From the human T2T-CHM13v2.0 reference genome, Homo sapiens, in the NCBI RefSeq assembly GCF_009914755.1, contig NC_060932.1: a stretch of 64,000 nt of DNA. One strand, 5' to 3'. The position numbers and the translations under genes are program-made. Below the pieces are notes generated by a model, which was given only the letters and a program-made list of their open reading frames with translations, made no database searches and was not told the DNA's origin. Below are positions 1 to 13,609 of this stretch, piece after piece (position 1 is the first letter of the stretch; each line of letters opens with the position of its first letter).

Positions 1-191
1 CACACCAAACTCAAACCAAACCCAGATTGAAAATACGGTATTCGCAGGAGGCAAAAACCTGTATAAGGAGAGCTGACTTTTCCTATCCTCAGATGCTTCA
101 GAGTCAACTCTGGGATTTGAGTATGCCTGGGTTTTAGTATGCACAGGTGAACCTGGAACCAATACCCTGCAAATAAGGAGAGACAATGGTA
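1..191 (-). mobile_element. MER8/MER2-type Tigger (TcMar) MITE, partial
   Basis: Ends ...ctggaaccaataccctgcaaataaggagagacaatggta, resembling the Tigger-family terminus GGAACCAATCCCCCGCGGATACCGAGGGACGACTG(TA). Confidence 0.6.
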
Positions 192-707
192 CATTGATGA
201 CTATTAATATAAATTGTCTTAATCATGAGCCATGAGGAAAAAAAATGGAACAGACTCTATTATGTCCTAGGGAAAATTAGTAACAAAAAAAATGCTGGGT
301 ATGCAGGGTATACCATATGTATGCCCTACAATCTTGAAACAAAAGTTTTAAAAACTTTAAATTCAAGACCTAGTTCTTCCATTTACTATTGTATGTACAT
401 TGGGAGAGTCCCTTCATCACTCTGGGCTTCCATTTCCTCCTCTGTTATCTTGCAGCATTTAATTACAATTGCAATTATTCAATTTATTGTGGTTTTGTCC
501 ATATCCCTTAATAGAATATAAACTGCATAATGATAAGGATGTTGCCTGTATCAGTCACTACAGTATCCCTATCACCTAGCACAGGGCCTGGCTTATTGTA
601 GAGGCTCATTAATGATATTGAAAAAATGACTTAAATCTTACAAATAAACTCTAACTCATAAGATTATCTTAACTAAACAAGATCATTTAGTGCCAGCTCT
701 TTTGTAA

Positions 708-952
<245 letters not shown>

Positions 953-1146
953 AAAAAAGTTCATTATTAACCAAACATTTCAACCAAGTCTTCCTGAATT
1001 TACAAAAAGCAAAATGAAGACTTGCTAGCTCTGCACTGTAACTGGTAACACTGCCAATGAGTCACTTGACTTTTGTAGACTACAGCTGTACATCTTAAAA
1101 TGGAGCCAGCCTACCTAATCCTGATAGAAGAATAAAATAATGTATG

Positions 1147-1917
<771 letters not shown>

Positions 1918-2067
1918 AGTGAGTCAAGTTGGTTTAGCCGTGAAGCAGTATACTAGAATCGTGTAGCGTTTCTTGTCTGAGGGAAAAGTATAAAGGGATC
2001 TCTATGTTCAAAGGAGCAAGCCATCAACTATTGAACTATATAATATTATCCTAAAAAGATTAATTGC

Positions 2068-2095
2068 TTAGGACCTTGATATTGTTAGAAGATTG
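2068..2095 (-). CDS. Candidate last coding segment of an unnamed minus-strand spliced ORF
   Basis: Strong acceptor tatttttccctgcag|; in phase 2 reads (R)NLLTISRS* with TAA at 2068-2070. Confidence 0.25.
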
Positions 2096-2179
2096 CTGCA
2101 GGGAAAAATATTAATCCCCACCTCTCTGACAAGGACATTTTAGAATTATAATTAAGGCCTCCATGTGTTGTAGTACATG

Positions 2180-2330
2180 TTTTTTGTACATTGACTCATT
2201 CAATTCTTGCAACATCCCCATGAGGTTAGTATCAATGTTCCCATTTTTTTATATAGGAAGGCTGTAGTTCAGAAGAATCAAGTAACTTGCCTAAGGTGAA
2301 ACACATGTCTAAGTGAAGGAGCCGAGGTTT
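2180..2330 (-). mobile_element. MIR fragment
   Basis: tcattcaattcttgcaacatccccatgagg...aagtaacttgcctaagg MIR core. Confidence 0.7.
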
Positions 2331-2440
2331 TTTGTTTTTTGTTTTGGTGGCAATTTGGCTATGGAATCATGAAGTTTCCTTACAGATCAAGCTGAGAGTA
2401 ATAAGGAAAAAGTGCTTTGTTCTGCCTCCTGCTATCTCAC

Positions 2441-2486
2441 CGGTTGCCTGGGGACTGACTTCTCATGTGCTCTATCTCTACAGTAC
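2441..2486 (-). CDS. Candidate 46-nt internal exon
   Basis: Acceptor ttttgttctacatag|, donor ccg|gtgaga; open in phase 1->2 as (G)TVEIEHMRSQSPGN(R), matching the phase of the upstream candidate exon. Confidence 0.45.
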
Positions 2487-2657
2487 CTATGTAGAACAAA
2501 ATGAAATTGGACTTCTGCCTAGAGTTGCACAGTTTCACTCCAAAGTATCCAAGATTGCAGATTTCTCTATCCACATTAACTTGCCAGACGTTTAATTACA
2601 TGGAGAGCTCCTTACTCTGTTCCATAGTTAAACTTTAAAACAGGAATAAAAACTTAC

Positions 2658-2748
2658 CAGAAAATAAATTCATTATTTTAGGGCTTTGCTGGGGACTGGC
2701 TGGATTGAACAAACTTTGGTGTGTTTTATCCTTTTTTGGTCTTTCCTC
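2658..2748 (-). CDS. Candidate 91-nt internal exon
   Basis: Acceptor tctattttttag|, consensus donor ctg|gtaagt; open in phase 0->1 as EERPKKDKTHQSLFNPASPQQSPKIMNLFS. Confidence 0.5.
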
Positions 2749-4739
2749 CTAAAAAATAGATACATTTGTAAAAATAGTGTTCACTTGCAGCTTGTCTTGC
2801 AACTCTATGCTTATCTCTATAGGCTCCTGGAACCGTGGATCCTCCCATGGCCAAGATAGGGATGAAATATACTAGGTTATTAATAATGCTCTTTAAAGTC
2901 TGAGAGACCCCTAAGAATACTAGCTTGTCTACACTGTTTACTGAAAATATATGGACTAATATCGTAGACTTGATTCACTGGGTTACACAGCCTCATTTTG
3001 GCTACATAACCAGTGAGACATAAAACACCCCTCAGTAAACTTTTGCTTGGTTTCACATATCTTAGTGGATTGTAATCCAGAGACTAGATGTGCCCTTTGC
3101 AACTGAGAGGCGATCCTGGAAAGCTGCACATGAATGTCTCAAATCTTCCTGATATTTGTCTGTGCTCTTTCTCTTTCTGCTGTTTTGTGCCCTTTGTCTT
3201 TACTGAAACCTTTTGAAAGCTTTGTGGAGTCCTGTGAGTTCTTCCAATTATACAACCCTATGTAATTGCTGCAATATGTATTCTGGTCCACTGTAATAAA
3301 GCCCAGAAGAGCAACGGATTTTGTCACTTTCAAGAAAGTGATAGTGAAGAAGGTGTTTGAAGCATGCTCAGGACTTGAAACTTGCTCCCCAGTTCTAGAA
3401 CTTCAAAGTCATTTTTCCTTATTTATTGGTTCATTATTAAATATTTAATGAGCACCTACTGTGTGCAAATGCATGCCAACAATCCAAAGGTGTATTTTCC
3501 TTCCCTTTTTCTCTGCGACGTTCTCCTCTACCTTAAAAAAACACGCACAATATTTGAGTTCCAGTGTCATTTGATTAATCTCACATTTGAACCCTTCCCT
3601 AGAAACAAATGATAGACTATATTTAAGCCAGCGAATTTTGATTTATTCAAAGAAGTAGATGTATTAAATTTTGGTATTTCAAGCTCCTCCACTTTGTGTT
3701 CTGTGTCTAAAAGAGAAGAAGATGCAAGTGACTGAGAAATGAGAGTCAAGCCTCCATTATCTCCTAAGAATTATATTCTCTGAAAATGTGTAGCTTTTCA
3801 ATTGCTTCAAGCAGTATTAGACTATTCACTAACATCCTAAAATGATGACTACATCTTGCTCACATCTATACAGTAACTCTATATCCTACTGTTCTTTAAA
3901 ATGTGAATAATAGAAGAGTGATGTCAGCAAGATTAGAGATGCCTGGCACTTGTGCCCTCTTCCCCAATAAAGGACCAAGGCAATTAATAATTAGCTAAGA
4001 CTTGACTGGAGTGTCAAAGGGAGAGCACTGGAGTGCAGCTGAGGAGTGAAGATGCACCTTTGATGATTGAAAGTCCAGGAAAGCAGCATGAAGATACCTG
4101 GTCACTGCAGCTATGTCTCCCTGCCCTGATCAGACCTGCCCAGAATAAGGGAGGGCTTCCCACTGTGGGGAAAAGATAAGCAGAAGATCCCCACCAGCCC
4201 CCATTGCCACCACAAACGCCTACAACTTACACCTACAGTCCTTACAACTGGAGAATCCCATACCTTGCAAGCCCTAAGCTCAGTTTAGAGAGCTACCAGG
4301 AATTCATGCAGCTGTACTACACCCAGGTAAGGAGCACAAGGTGTGCACTCCTCACCCCCACCCACTCCTTCTGAGCCAAGTTGCTAAAGCATGGCATCAT
4401 CTTGAGACCAGGGCCACATCTGAAGGGTGCCCTGCTTGGTGGGTCAGTATCCAATGCATTTCTCCAGAACTGGGTTCCATCTTCATTTCACCAAGCCCAC
4501 ATAAGTGGCTGAACATCACAACCCCAGCCATACTGAGCCTGGGCCCACGATCCAGGATCAGCTATGACTCTCTTCTTGCACTGCAGGGAAACCAACTCTC
4601 ACCACCATACTTCCCAGCGAGAGGAACAGTCTGGTAGTTCCACCCAGGGTGAGCCTCCCTGGAGCTGACCAAACTGCTATATGCTCTTTTCCAAATGGGA
4701 GATGTCTCCAAGCCTTCAAGCAGCTGACATGTCCCCAGG

Positions 4740-5945
4740 CCAGCAGAGTGACTATGCACCCTTGCTCAGGACCTGAGAAATAGCCCTGAAGGGCCCTTCC
4801 CCCTGTAGACATGCCCTAGTCTGCCCAAGGCCCCTGTGCCTGAAATCAGGGCCTAAGAAACAGTCCAGCAGGCCACCCCTGGTTAATACTCCCCCAGACT
4901 GACCAAGCAGCCAAGAGCCCACATTCCAGAACTGAGAAACAGCCCCATGAGCCACCTTAGCAGACATATCCAAGACCAGCTGAGCAGCCATGCTCCCACA
5001 TATCAGGCCTAAGAACAACCCCATGGGCCACTTCCCATGGGCCCATGGGCCAGCCAAGCAGCCTTGCACCTGCATCCTAGGCCTATAAAACAATCCTATA
5101 GGCCACTCCCATAGAAACACCCCCTGGCCAGTGAAGCAGATGTATGGCCACAAACTGGGCCTGAGAAACATCCCTGTGGGTGTTTCTGGGTGCAGCAAAC
5201 ATGCACCCAGGACAGGTGAAAAGCCATATGACTGCATCCCAGGCTGAGAAACAACCATAACCCCTCCCCCAAGCAGATACTCCCCCAGGCCAGCTGAGCA
5301 GCCATATGCTGTCATCCTGGGCCTGAGAAGTAGCCTCCTGGGCTGCTCCTAGCAGATACGTCCCCAGGCCTGCCAAGCATACGCCGCAATCTGATAAAAA
5401 GCCCAGAAATCGCCCTCCTGGAAAAGCCGCAACTATCACCATAAACTCTCTCAGCCTACACCACTGATAAATTCACAAATGCCACTAGTGTGAATTATAG
5501 CTGAAGAAACTACACAGAGACTACACTGCTGTGTCCACCTCAAAGCAAGGTCAGAGTAACAACCTTGCGGATCACTCTCAGAAAATGTACTCTCAGGGCA
5601 ACTGAGCAGTCATGCAGCTGTGCTCCAGGCCTGAGAAACAGTCCTGATCCTGGCAGGTGCACTCACAGGCAGACTGAGAAAGCATGTGCCCATGTTCTTG
5701 GCCAGAGTAACAGCCTCATGGCCCCAATCCTAGCAAACCAGAACCCAAGTTGGCTGACCCACCACATGCACAGATGTGTCTGCCACCTGACAAATAGGTT
5801 GAGCCCACCCCTGGCAAAGCCACACCACGCTCACCATAAACTCTCAGGCTAGGCCACTGAGAAATTCACAAATGCCACTAGTGTGGACTACAGCTAATGA
5901 AACTACATGGGTACTACACTACTGTGTCAACCTTGAAGCAAGGCC
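4740..5945 (+). repeat. Degenerate tandem array inside the L1MA 5'UTR
   Basis: Recurrent core ggcctgagaaacagcc about every 70 bp; ~110-bp block duplicated at ~5437-5545 and ~5832-5945. Confidence 0.75.
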
Positions 5946-7204
5946 AACATCCCAAGACCCACTCATATGAAAAACACTTTCCCTACAAGACCTACTCCAT
6001 AAAATTGGAAGAGGCAACTTTCTCATGAGATGCATAGAAATCAAGATAGGGACACATGAAACATTAAAAAGCAAAGAAATATAACACCTACAAAGGAAAA
6101 CAAAAATTATCCAGTAACAGACCTTGGTCATAATGAAATATATGAAATGTCAGAAAAAGAATTTGAAATAATAATCTTAAAACATATGGAGATAAAAGTG
6201 AATACAGACAGTCTATTCAATGAATCAGAAAAGCAATTCATTATTTTGATGAGAAAGTCAAAAAAGAGATAGATTTCATAAAATAAAACAAAGCAGAAGT
6301 CCTAGAGCTGAAGATTTCAATGAATGAAATAGCACAATTGAAGGCCTCAAGAAGAGATTAGAACAAGCAGAAAAAAGAATTTCTGATCTTGAAGACAAGT
6401 CTTTTGAAATAACACAAATAGACCAAAAAAAGAATAAATTGGATACTTTTAAGTGAATAAATGCTTGTATTATGGACATTCCAGAAGGAGAGAAAAAGGG
6501 GAAGGGTGAGGAAAATGTATTTGGTGAAATCAAAGCAGAAAAATTCCCAAGTATTGTAGAGAGATAAACATCCAGGTCCAGGAATCTCAAAATGCCAAAC
6601 AGATTCAACCCAAACATGTTCTATCCAAGGGAAATTGTAGTCAAATTGTCAAAAGACAAAGAATTTTAAAGGCAGCAAGAGAAAAGCATCAAGTCACATA
6701 TAAGGGAATCTCCATTAGACTAACATCAGATTTCTCAGTGGAAACCTTATAGGCCAGGAGATTTTGGGATAAAATATTCAAAATCCTGAAGGAAAAAAAA
6801 AAACCTGCCAGTCAAGGATATTATGCCCAGCAAAATTATCCTTCATACGCAAAAGAGAAATAATCTTTCCCAGACAAGCAACAGCTGAGAGAATTTATTA
6901 CTACCAAACTGGCCCTACCAGAAGTGCTTGAGGGAAACCTAAACCTCGACACAAAAGGACAACATTACCATGATGAAAACACACAAAAGTATAGAAATCA
7001 CTAGTAAAGCAAAAACACAAATGAGGAAGAGGAAGGAATCAAACTTTATCACTACAGAAAATCACCAAACCACAAGGACAAACACTAAGAGAAAAGGAAC
7101 AAAGACTATACAAAACAACCAGAAAACAGTTAACAATGTGACAAGAACACAACTTCACATAGCAATAATAATCTTAGATGAAAATAGCTTGGATTCCCAT
7201 GAGA

Positions 7205-7325
7205 GAATTATTATATTTATATATTATATTAATATAATTATAACATATATGGAATTATATATTAGTATTATATATACTATTAGTATTATATATACTAATA
7301 TATTTTATTAATTTATTAATAAAAT
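7205..7325. repeat. AT-rich low-complexity tract
   Basis: (TA)/(TATTA)-rich stretch interrupting the L1 endonuclease region. Confidence 0.85.
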
Positions 7326-8633
7326 ATATAGACTGAATGGATACAAAAAAATTTGAGACCCAACTATATGCTGCCTACAAGAAACTTGCCTCACTAATAA
7401 AGACAATCTGAAAGGGAATGGTAGAAAAAGGTATTTCATGCAAATGAAAACCAGAAAAGAGCAGGAGTAGCTGTATTTAGACAAAACAGACTTTGAGTTA
7501 AAAACTATTTTAAAAAGACAAAGAAGGACATTATATAATAATAAAGAGATCAATTCAGCAAGAAAATGTAACAACTGTAAATACATATGCACCAAACACC
7601 AGTATAACCAGATATATGGAGCCAATATTATTAAAACTAAAGGGAGAAATCCGAACACGATCATAGTTGGGGACTTCAACACCCCACTCTCAGCATTGGA
7701 CTGATTATCTAGATAGAAAATCAACAAAGAAATACCAGATTTAAATTGCAGCACAGACCAAATGGACATAACAGACATTTACAGAACATTTCACCCAATA
7801 GCTGCAGAACACACATACTTTTCATCAGCACATAGAATTTTCTCCAAGAATGATCATGTGTTAAAACACAAAAGAAATCTCAAAATATTTTTAAAAATCA
7901 AAATTCTATCAAGTATCTTGTCTGCCCATAATGAAATAAAATTAGACATCAAAACAAGAGGGACATTCAAAACTATACAAATACATGAGAATTACACAAT
8001 GCACTTCTGAATGACCAATAGGTGAAGGAGAAAATTAAGAAAATAAAATTTAAATTCCTCAAAACAAGTGAAAATACGAACACAAAATAACAAAACCTAT
8101 GGGATATAGCAAACAAAGTATTAAGAAGCAAGTTTATTACAATAAATGCTTACATCAAAAAAGTAGGACGATTTCTAATAAACAACCTAACATTATACTT
8201 CAAAGAACTGGAAAAGCAAGAACAAACCAAACACAAAATTAGTATAAGGAAATAAGATCCAAGCAGAAATAAGCAAAACTGAGGCTAAAAACAAAATATA
8301 AAAGATCAATAAAGCTAAATGTTTGCTTTTTGAAAAGATAAACAAAACCAGCAAATCATTAGCTTTACTAAGAAAAAAGAAAGAATTCAAATAAATAAAA
8401 TCAGAAATGAAAAAGGAGACATAACAATGGATATTACAGAAATACAAAAGATCATTAGAGAATACTATGAACAACTATATGCCAATAAATTTGAAAAACT
8501 AAAGGAAATGGATAAATTTCTAGACAAAACCTACCAAGATTGAACCAAGAAGAAACAGACAACTTAAACAGACTGATAATAAGTAACGAGATGGAAACGT
8601 TATAATCTCTCACCAAAGAAAAGTCCAGGACTG

Positions 8634-9642
8634 CAAAATTACTGTGATAACAAAACCAAAGACATTACAAGAAATAATAATAATAATAGTAAACTACATG
8701 TGCAATGAACTGAATGTTTATGTTCCCCCAAAATTCAAATGCTGAAATACTACCCCTTAATGTGATGGTATTAGAAGGTTGGACCTTTGGAAGGAAATTA
8801 GTTCATGGGGGTGGAGCTCTCATGAATGTGGTGAGTTCCTTATAAAAGGAACCCCAGAGCTCTTTCTTAGCCTCTTTCTACCACGGGAAGATACCACAAG
8901 AAGTCAGTAGTCTACAACCCAGAAGAAGGCACTCATCAGTACTGGACCACATTGGTGTCCCCTTCAGAATTGCAGCCTCCAGAACTGTGAGAAATTAATT
9001 CCTGTTGTTGATAAGCTCCCAGTTTATGGTACTTTCTTATAACAGCCTTATAAACTGACTAAGACAACAGGCCAATATCCCTCATGAATTTAGATGCAAA
9101 ACCTTTGGCAAATTAAATCCAACAATGTATAAAAATGGTAATACATCATGACTAAGTAAGATTTCATGTTTACCTTAACATTTGCAATCAAATCACCATA
9201 TCAACAAGCACAAAAAGAAGCACATACGATCATCTAATTACACGTGGAAAAAGCATTTGACTATTCCAAAATCAATCCCAATAAAAATTCTCAGCAAACT
9301 AGGCATAGAAGGGAACTTCTTGATTTGATAAACAACATTTACAAAAACCTAAAGCTAACATCATGTTTTGTGGTTAAAGACTGAATAGGATAGTTTCCTC
9401 CTAAGATCTGAAAAAATAATGTTCACTCTCATCACTTCTAAGATTTTACAGAAAGATTCAGCCATTGCTATAATGTAAGAAAATGAAATAAAAGTTGTCT
9501 AAATTGGGAAAAAGTAAAACTGTCTTTCTTACAGATGACATTATCATTTATTTAGAAAATTGGATGGAATCTACCCTTTTAAAAAGGTATTAAAACCAGT
9601 AAGTGTGTTTGGCAACATTGCTAGGTACAAGATCAATATACA
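8634..9642 (+). mobile_element. Older, more diverged L1M ORF2 (RT) fragment, part of a composite insert
   Basis: gccaatatccctcatgaa...aaaagcatttgac...cagatgaca RT-region motifs, paralleled by the host L1 at ~10100-10800. Confidence 0.8.
8701..9066 (+). mobile_element. MLT1A-type MaLR solo LTR
   Basis: tgcaatgaactgaatgtttatgttcccccaaaattca...gactaagaca; 5-bp TSD acatg/acagg. Confidence 0.88.
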
Positions 9643-9958
9643 GGCCAAGTGCGTTGGCTCACACCTGTAAACTCATTGATTTGGGAGGCAGAGACAAGAG
9701 ATCACCTGAGACCAAGAGTTTGAGACCAGCCTGGGCAAAATGGCAAGATTTCATCTCTACTACAAATTTAAAAATTAGGCATGATGATGTATACCGTTAG
9801 TCCCAGCTACTCAGGAGGCTGAGATGGGAGGATTACTTGAACCCAGGAGGCCAAGGCCACAGTGAGCTATGATTGCACCACGGCACTCCAGACTGGGCAA
9901 CAGAGTGAGACCCTGTCTCTAAAAATAAATTAACATAAAATAAAATATTAAAAAAAAA
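9643..9958 (+). mobile_element. AluJ
   Basis: Diverged dimer with J-type gagctatgattgcaccac and gagtgagaccctgtctc; A-rich tail. Confidence 0.9.
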
Positions 9959-11321
9959 CAAAGACAATCCAGGACTGAATAGTTCACTACTGAATTCTAC
10001 CAAATCTTTAAAAAAGAATTAATACCAATTATTCCCAAATTATTTCATAAAATTGAAGCACAGGGAATTCTTTCTAACTCATGATACCAGGCAAGCATAA
10101 CCCAAATAATAAAGGCAAAAAGCAACACAACAACAACAAAAAAAGAAAATTAAAAGAAAAAAATGCCAATATATCTGATGAATATAAACACAAAATCCTC
10201 AATAAAATACTAGCAAACAAAATCCAACAGCACATCAAAAAGATAGTACACCATGATCAGGTGGAATTTATGCCAGAAATACAAGGATGCTTTAACATAT
10301 GCAAAACAATAAACATCATATAGCACATCAATAGAATGAAGAATAAAAACCATGTAATTTTCTCAATAGATGCCCAAAAAAGCATTTGATAAAATTCAGC
10401 CTCCCTTCATAATAAGAACTCTCAACAAATTAGGTATAGAAGGAAAAAAGTACCTCAATATAATAAAGGCCATATATGACAAACCCACAGCTAACACCTT
10501 CCTAAACAGGGAAAGACTGAGAGCTTTTCCTCTAATAACTGTAAAAAGACAAGGATGCCTACTTTTAGCGTGTGTATTCAACATAGTACCAGACATACTA
10601 CTCAGAGCAAGTAGACAAAAGAAAGAAATAAAGTGCATCCAACGCATCCAAATTGGAAAAAAAGAAGTCAATTTTGCTTGGTTTACAGATGACATGCTCC
10701 TACATATAGAAAAACTAAAGACCACCGAAAACCTCTTAGAACTGATAAAATAATTCAGTAAAGTTGGAGGATAAAAAATCAATATAAAAGATCAGCAACA
10801 TCTCTTTACATGAATAATAAACTACCTGAAAAAGAAATCTAGAAGGCAATCACATTTATAATAGCTGCAATAAAATCTAAAAATAAATTTAACAAAGAAG
10901 GTAAAGATCTTTGCAATAAAAATTACAAAACATTGATGAAAGAAATTGAAGGGGATACAAACAAATGTAAAAACATCCCATGCTCATGGATTAGAATAAT
11001 TAATATTGTTAAAATGCCATACTACCAAAAGTAATCTACAAATTCAGTGTAATCTGGATCAAAATACCAATGGTGTTCTTCACAGAAATAGAAACAGCAG
11101 TCCTAAAATTTGTATAGAACCAAAAAAGACCCCAAGTAGACAAAGATATCCTGAGCAAAATGAACAAACCTAGATGAATCACAGTAGCAGACTTCAAAAT
11201 ATATTCAAAGCTATAGTAAGCAAAACAGCATGGTGCTGGACTAAAAATAGATACATGGACCAAGGGAACAGAATAGATAACCCAGAAATTAATCCATGCA
11301 TCCAAAGACAACTGACTTTTT

Positions 11322-11782
11322 TAAATTATACTTTAAGTTCTAGGGTACATGTGCACAACGTGCAGGTTTGTTACATATGTATACACGTGCCATGTTGGTG
11401 TGCTGCACCCGTTAACTCATCATTTACATTAGGTATATCTCCTAATGCTATCCCTCCCCCCTCCCCCTACCCCACAACAGGCCCCGGTGTGTGATGTTCC
11501 CCACCCTGTGTCCAAGTGTTCTCATTGTTCAATTCCCACCTATGAGTGAGAACATGCAGTGTTTGGTTTTCTGTCCTTGAGATAGTTTGCTCAGAATGAT
11601 GGCTTCCAGCTTCATCCATGTCCCTGCAAAGGACATGAACGCATCATTTTTTATGGCTGCATAGTATTCCATGGTGTATATGTGCCACATTTTCTTAATC
11701 CAGTCTATCATTGATGGACATTTGGGTTGGTTCCAACTCTTTGCTATTGTGAATAGTGCCGCAATAAACATATTTGTGCACG
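11322..11782 (-). mobile_element. L1PA (about PA5) 3' fragment, 5'-truncated
   Basis: L1PA 3'UTR and ORF2 C-terminus (MFIAALFTIAK...); TSD agacaactga(c/t)tttt at 11306-11321 and 11783-11797. Confidence 0.93.
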
Positions 11783-12594
11783 AGACAACTGATTTTTAAT
11801 AAAGATACCAAGAAAACTCTTTGGGGAAAGGCTACTCTTCAAAAAATGGTGCTGGGAAAACTGGATATTCATATGCAGGGGAATGAAACTAGACCCCTAT
11901 CTCCCACCACATACAAAACTTTAACTGGATCAAAGACATAAATATAAGACCGCAAAATATAAAACTATTAGAAGAAAGCAGAGAAAATGTTTCAGTACAT
12001 TAGCCTGAAAGAAAAAATTAAAATAAGACCTCAAAAGCATAGGCAACAAAAGCAAAAATAAACAAATGAAATTATATCAAACTGAAAAGCTTCCTTACAG
12101 CAAACGAAGCCATCAACAGAGTGAAAAGACAACCTACAGAATGTGAGAAAACATTTGCAAAGTATTCCTTCAACAGGTGATTAATATCCAGAATATATAA
12201 GGAGCTCAAAGATCTCAGCAGCAAAATATATAATTTTTTTAATTTTTAAAAAATTCGATTTAAAAATGGGCAAATGATCAGAAGACCCATTTCCCAAAAG
12301 AAATGTATTAATGGCCAATAAATATATTAAAAATCTACTCAGTGTCACTAATCATCAGGGAATTGCAAATCAAAACTACAATGCACTATCATTTCACCAC
12401 AGTTAGTATGGCAATTATCAAAAAGACAAAAAATAACAAATGCTGGTGAGACTGTGGAGAGAAGGGAACTCCTATACACTGCTAGTGGGAATGCAAAGTA
12501 GTAGAGCCACTATGGAGAACAGTATGGTGCTTTCTCCAAAAATTACAAATAGAACTACCATATGAGTCAGCAGTCCCACTACTGGGCATTTATT

Positions 12595-12929
<335 letters not shown>

Positions 12930-13327
12930 GGCATTTATTGAAAGGGAAGGAAATCAGTATATCGAAGAGACATCTGCACCCCCATGTTTACTGAAGTACT
13001 ATTCACAATAGGTAAGATATGAAATCAACCTCAATGTCCAATAACAGATGAATGGATAAAGAAAACATGTTATATATACACACTGGAATAATATTCCACC
13101 ACAAAAAATGAAATTCTGTTATTCATGGCAAAATGGATAGAACTGGAGGACACTATGTTAAGTAAAGTAAGCCAGGAAGAGTTAGCCTGCTCATGTTCTC
13201 ATTCATATGTGGACGCTAAAAAATGTTGATCTTACAGAAGTAAAAAGTAGAACAGAAAATACTAGAGGCTGAGAAGGGTAGGAGGGGGGGAACAACAGAG
13301 GGGGATTTGCTAAAGAATAAAAAATTA

Positions 13328-13609
13328 GGGCGATAAGAGAGGTAGGTAATTGAGTACAATCATACAGTTAGATAAAATGTATAAATTCTCTCATTGGAAA
13401 GTAGAGTATACAGTGATTATAGTTAAAAACTATGTATTGTATATTTCACAGTAGCTAAAAGAGATGATGATTTGTTCCCAACACATAGAAATGAGAAATA
13501 CTCAAAGTGATATTGATCATTATACATTTTATGCATGTAGCAAAATATCACCTGTACCCATTAATGTGTAAAATATCATGTATCAATGTGAATTTTTTAA
13601 ATTTTAAAT
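13328..13609 (+). mobile_element. L1MA4A-like 3'UTR fragment nested in the host L1MA 3'UTR
   Basis: catacagttagata...ttcccaacacatagaaatg...tgtatcaat; TSD gaata(a/c)aaaatta at 13315-13327 and 13610-13622. Confidence 0.72.

Noticed and set aside
4341-5852. Cluster of ORFs up to 187 aa
   Set aside because: Fall within the GC-richer repetitive L1 5'UTR; no protein-like features
4740-5860. Regularly spaced repeat resembling a CRISPR array
   Set aside because: Units are degenerate along their whole length, there are no unique spacers or cas genes, and the context is a mammalian L1
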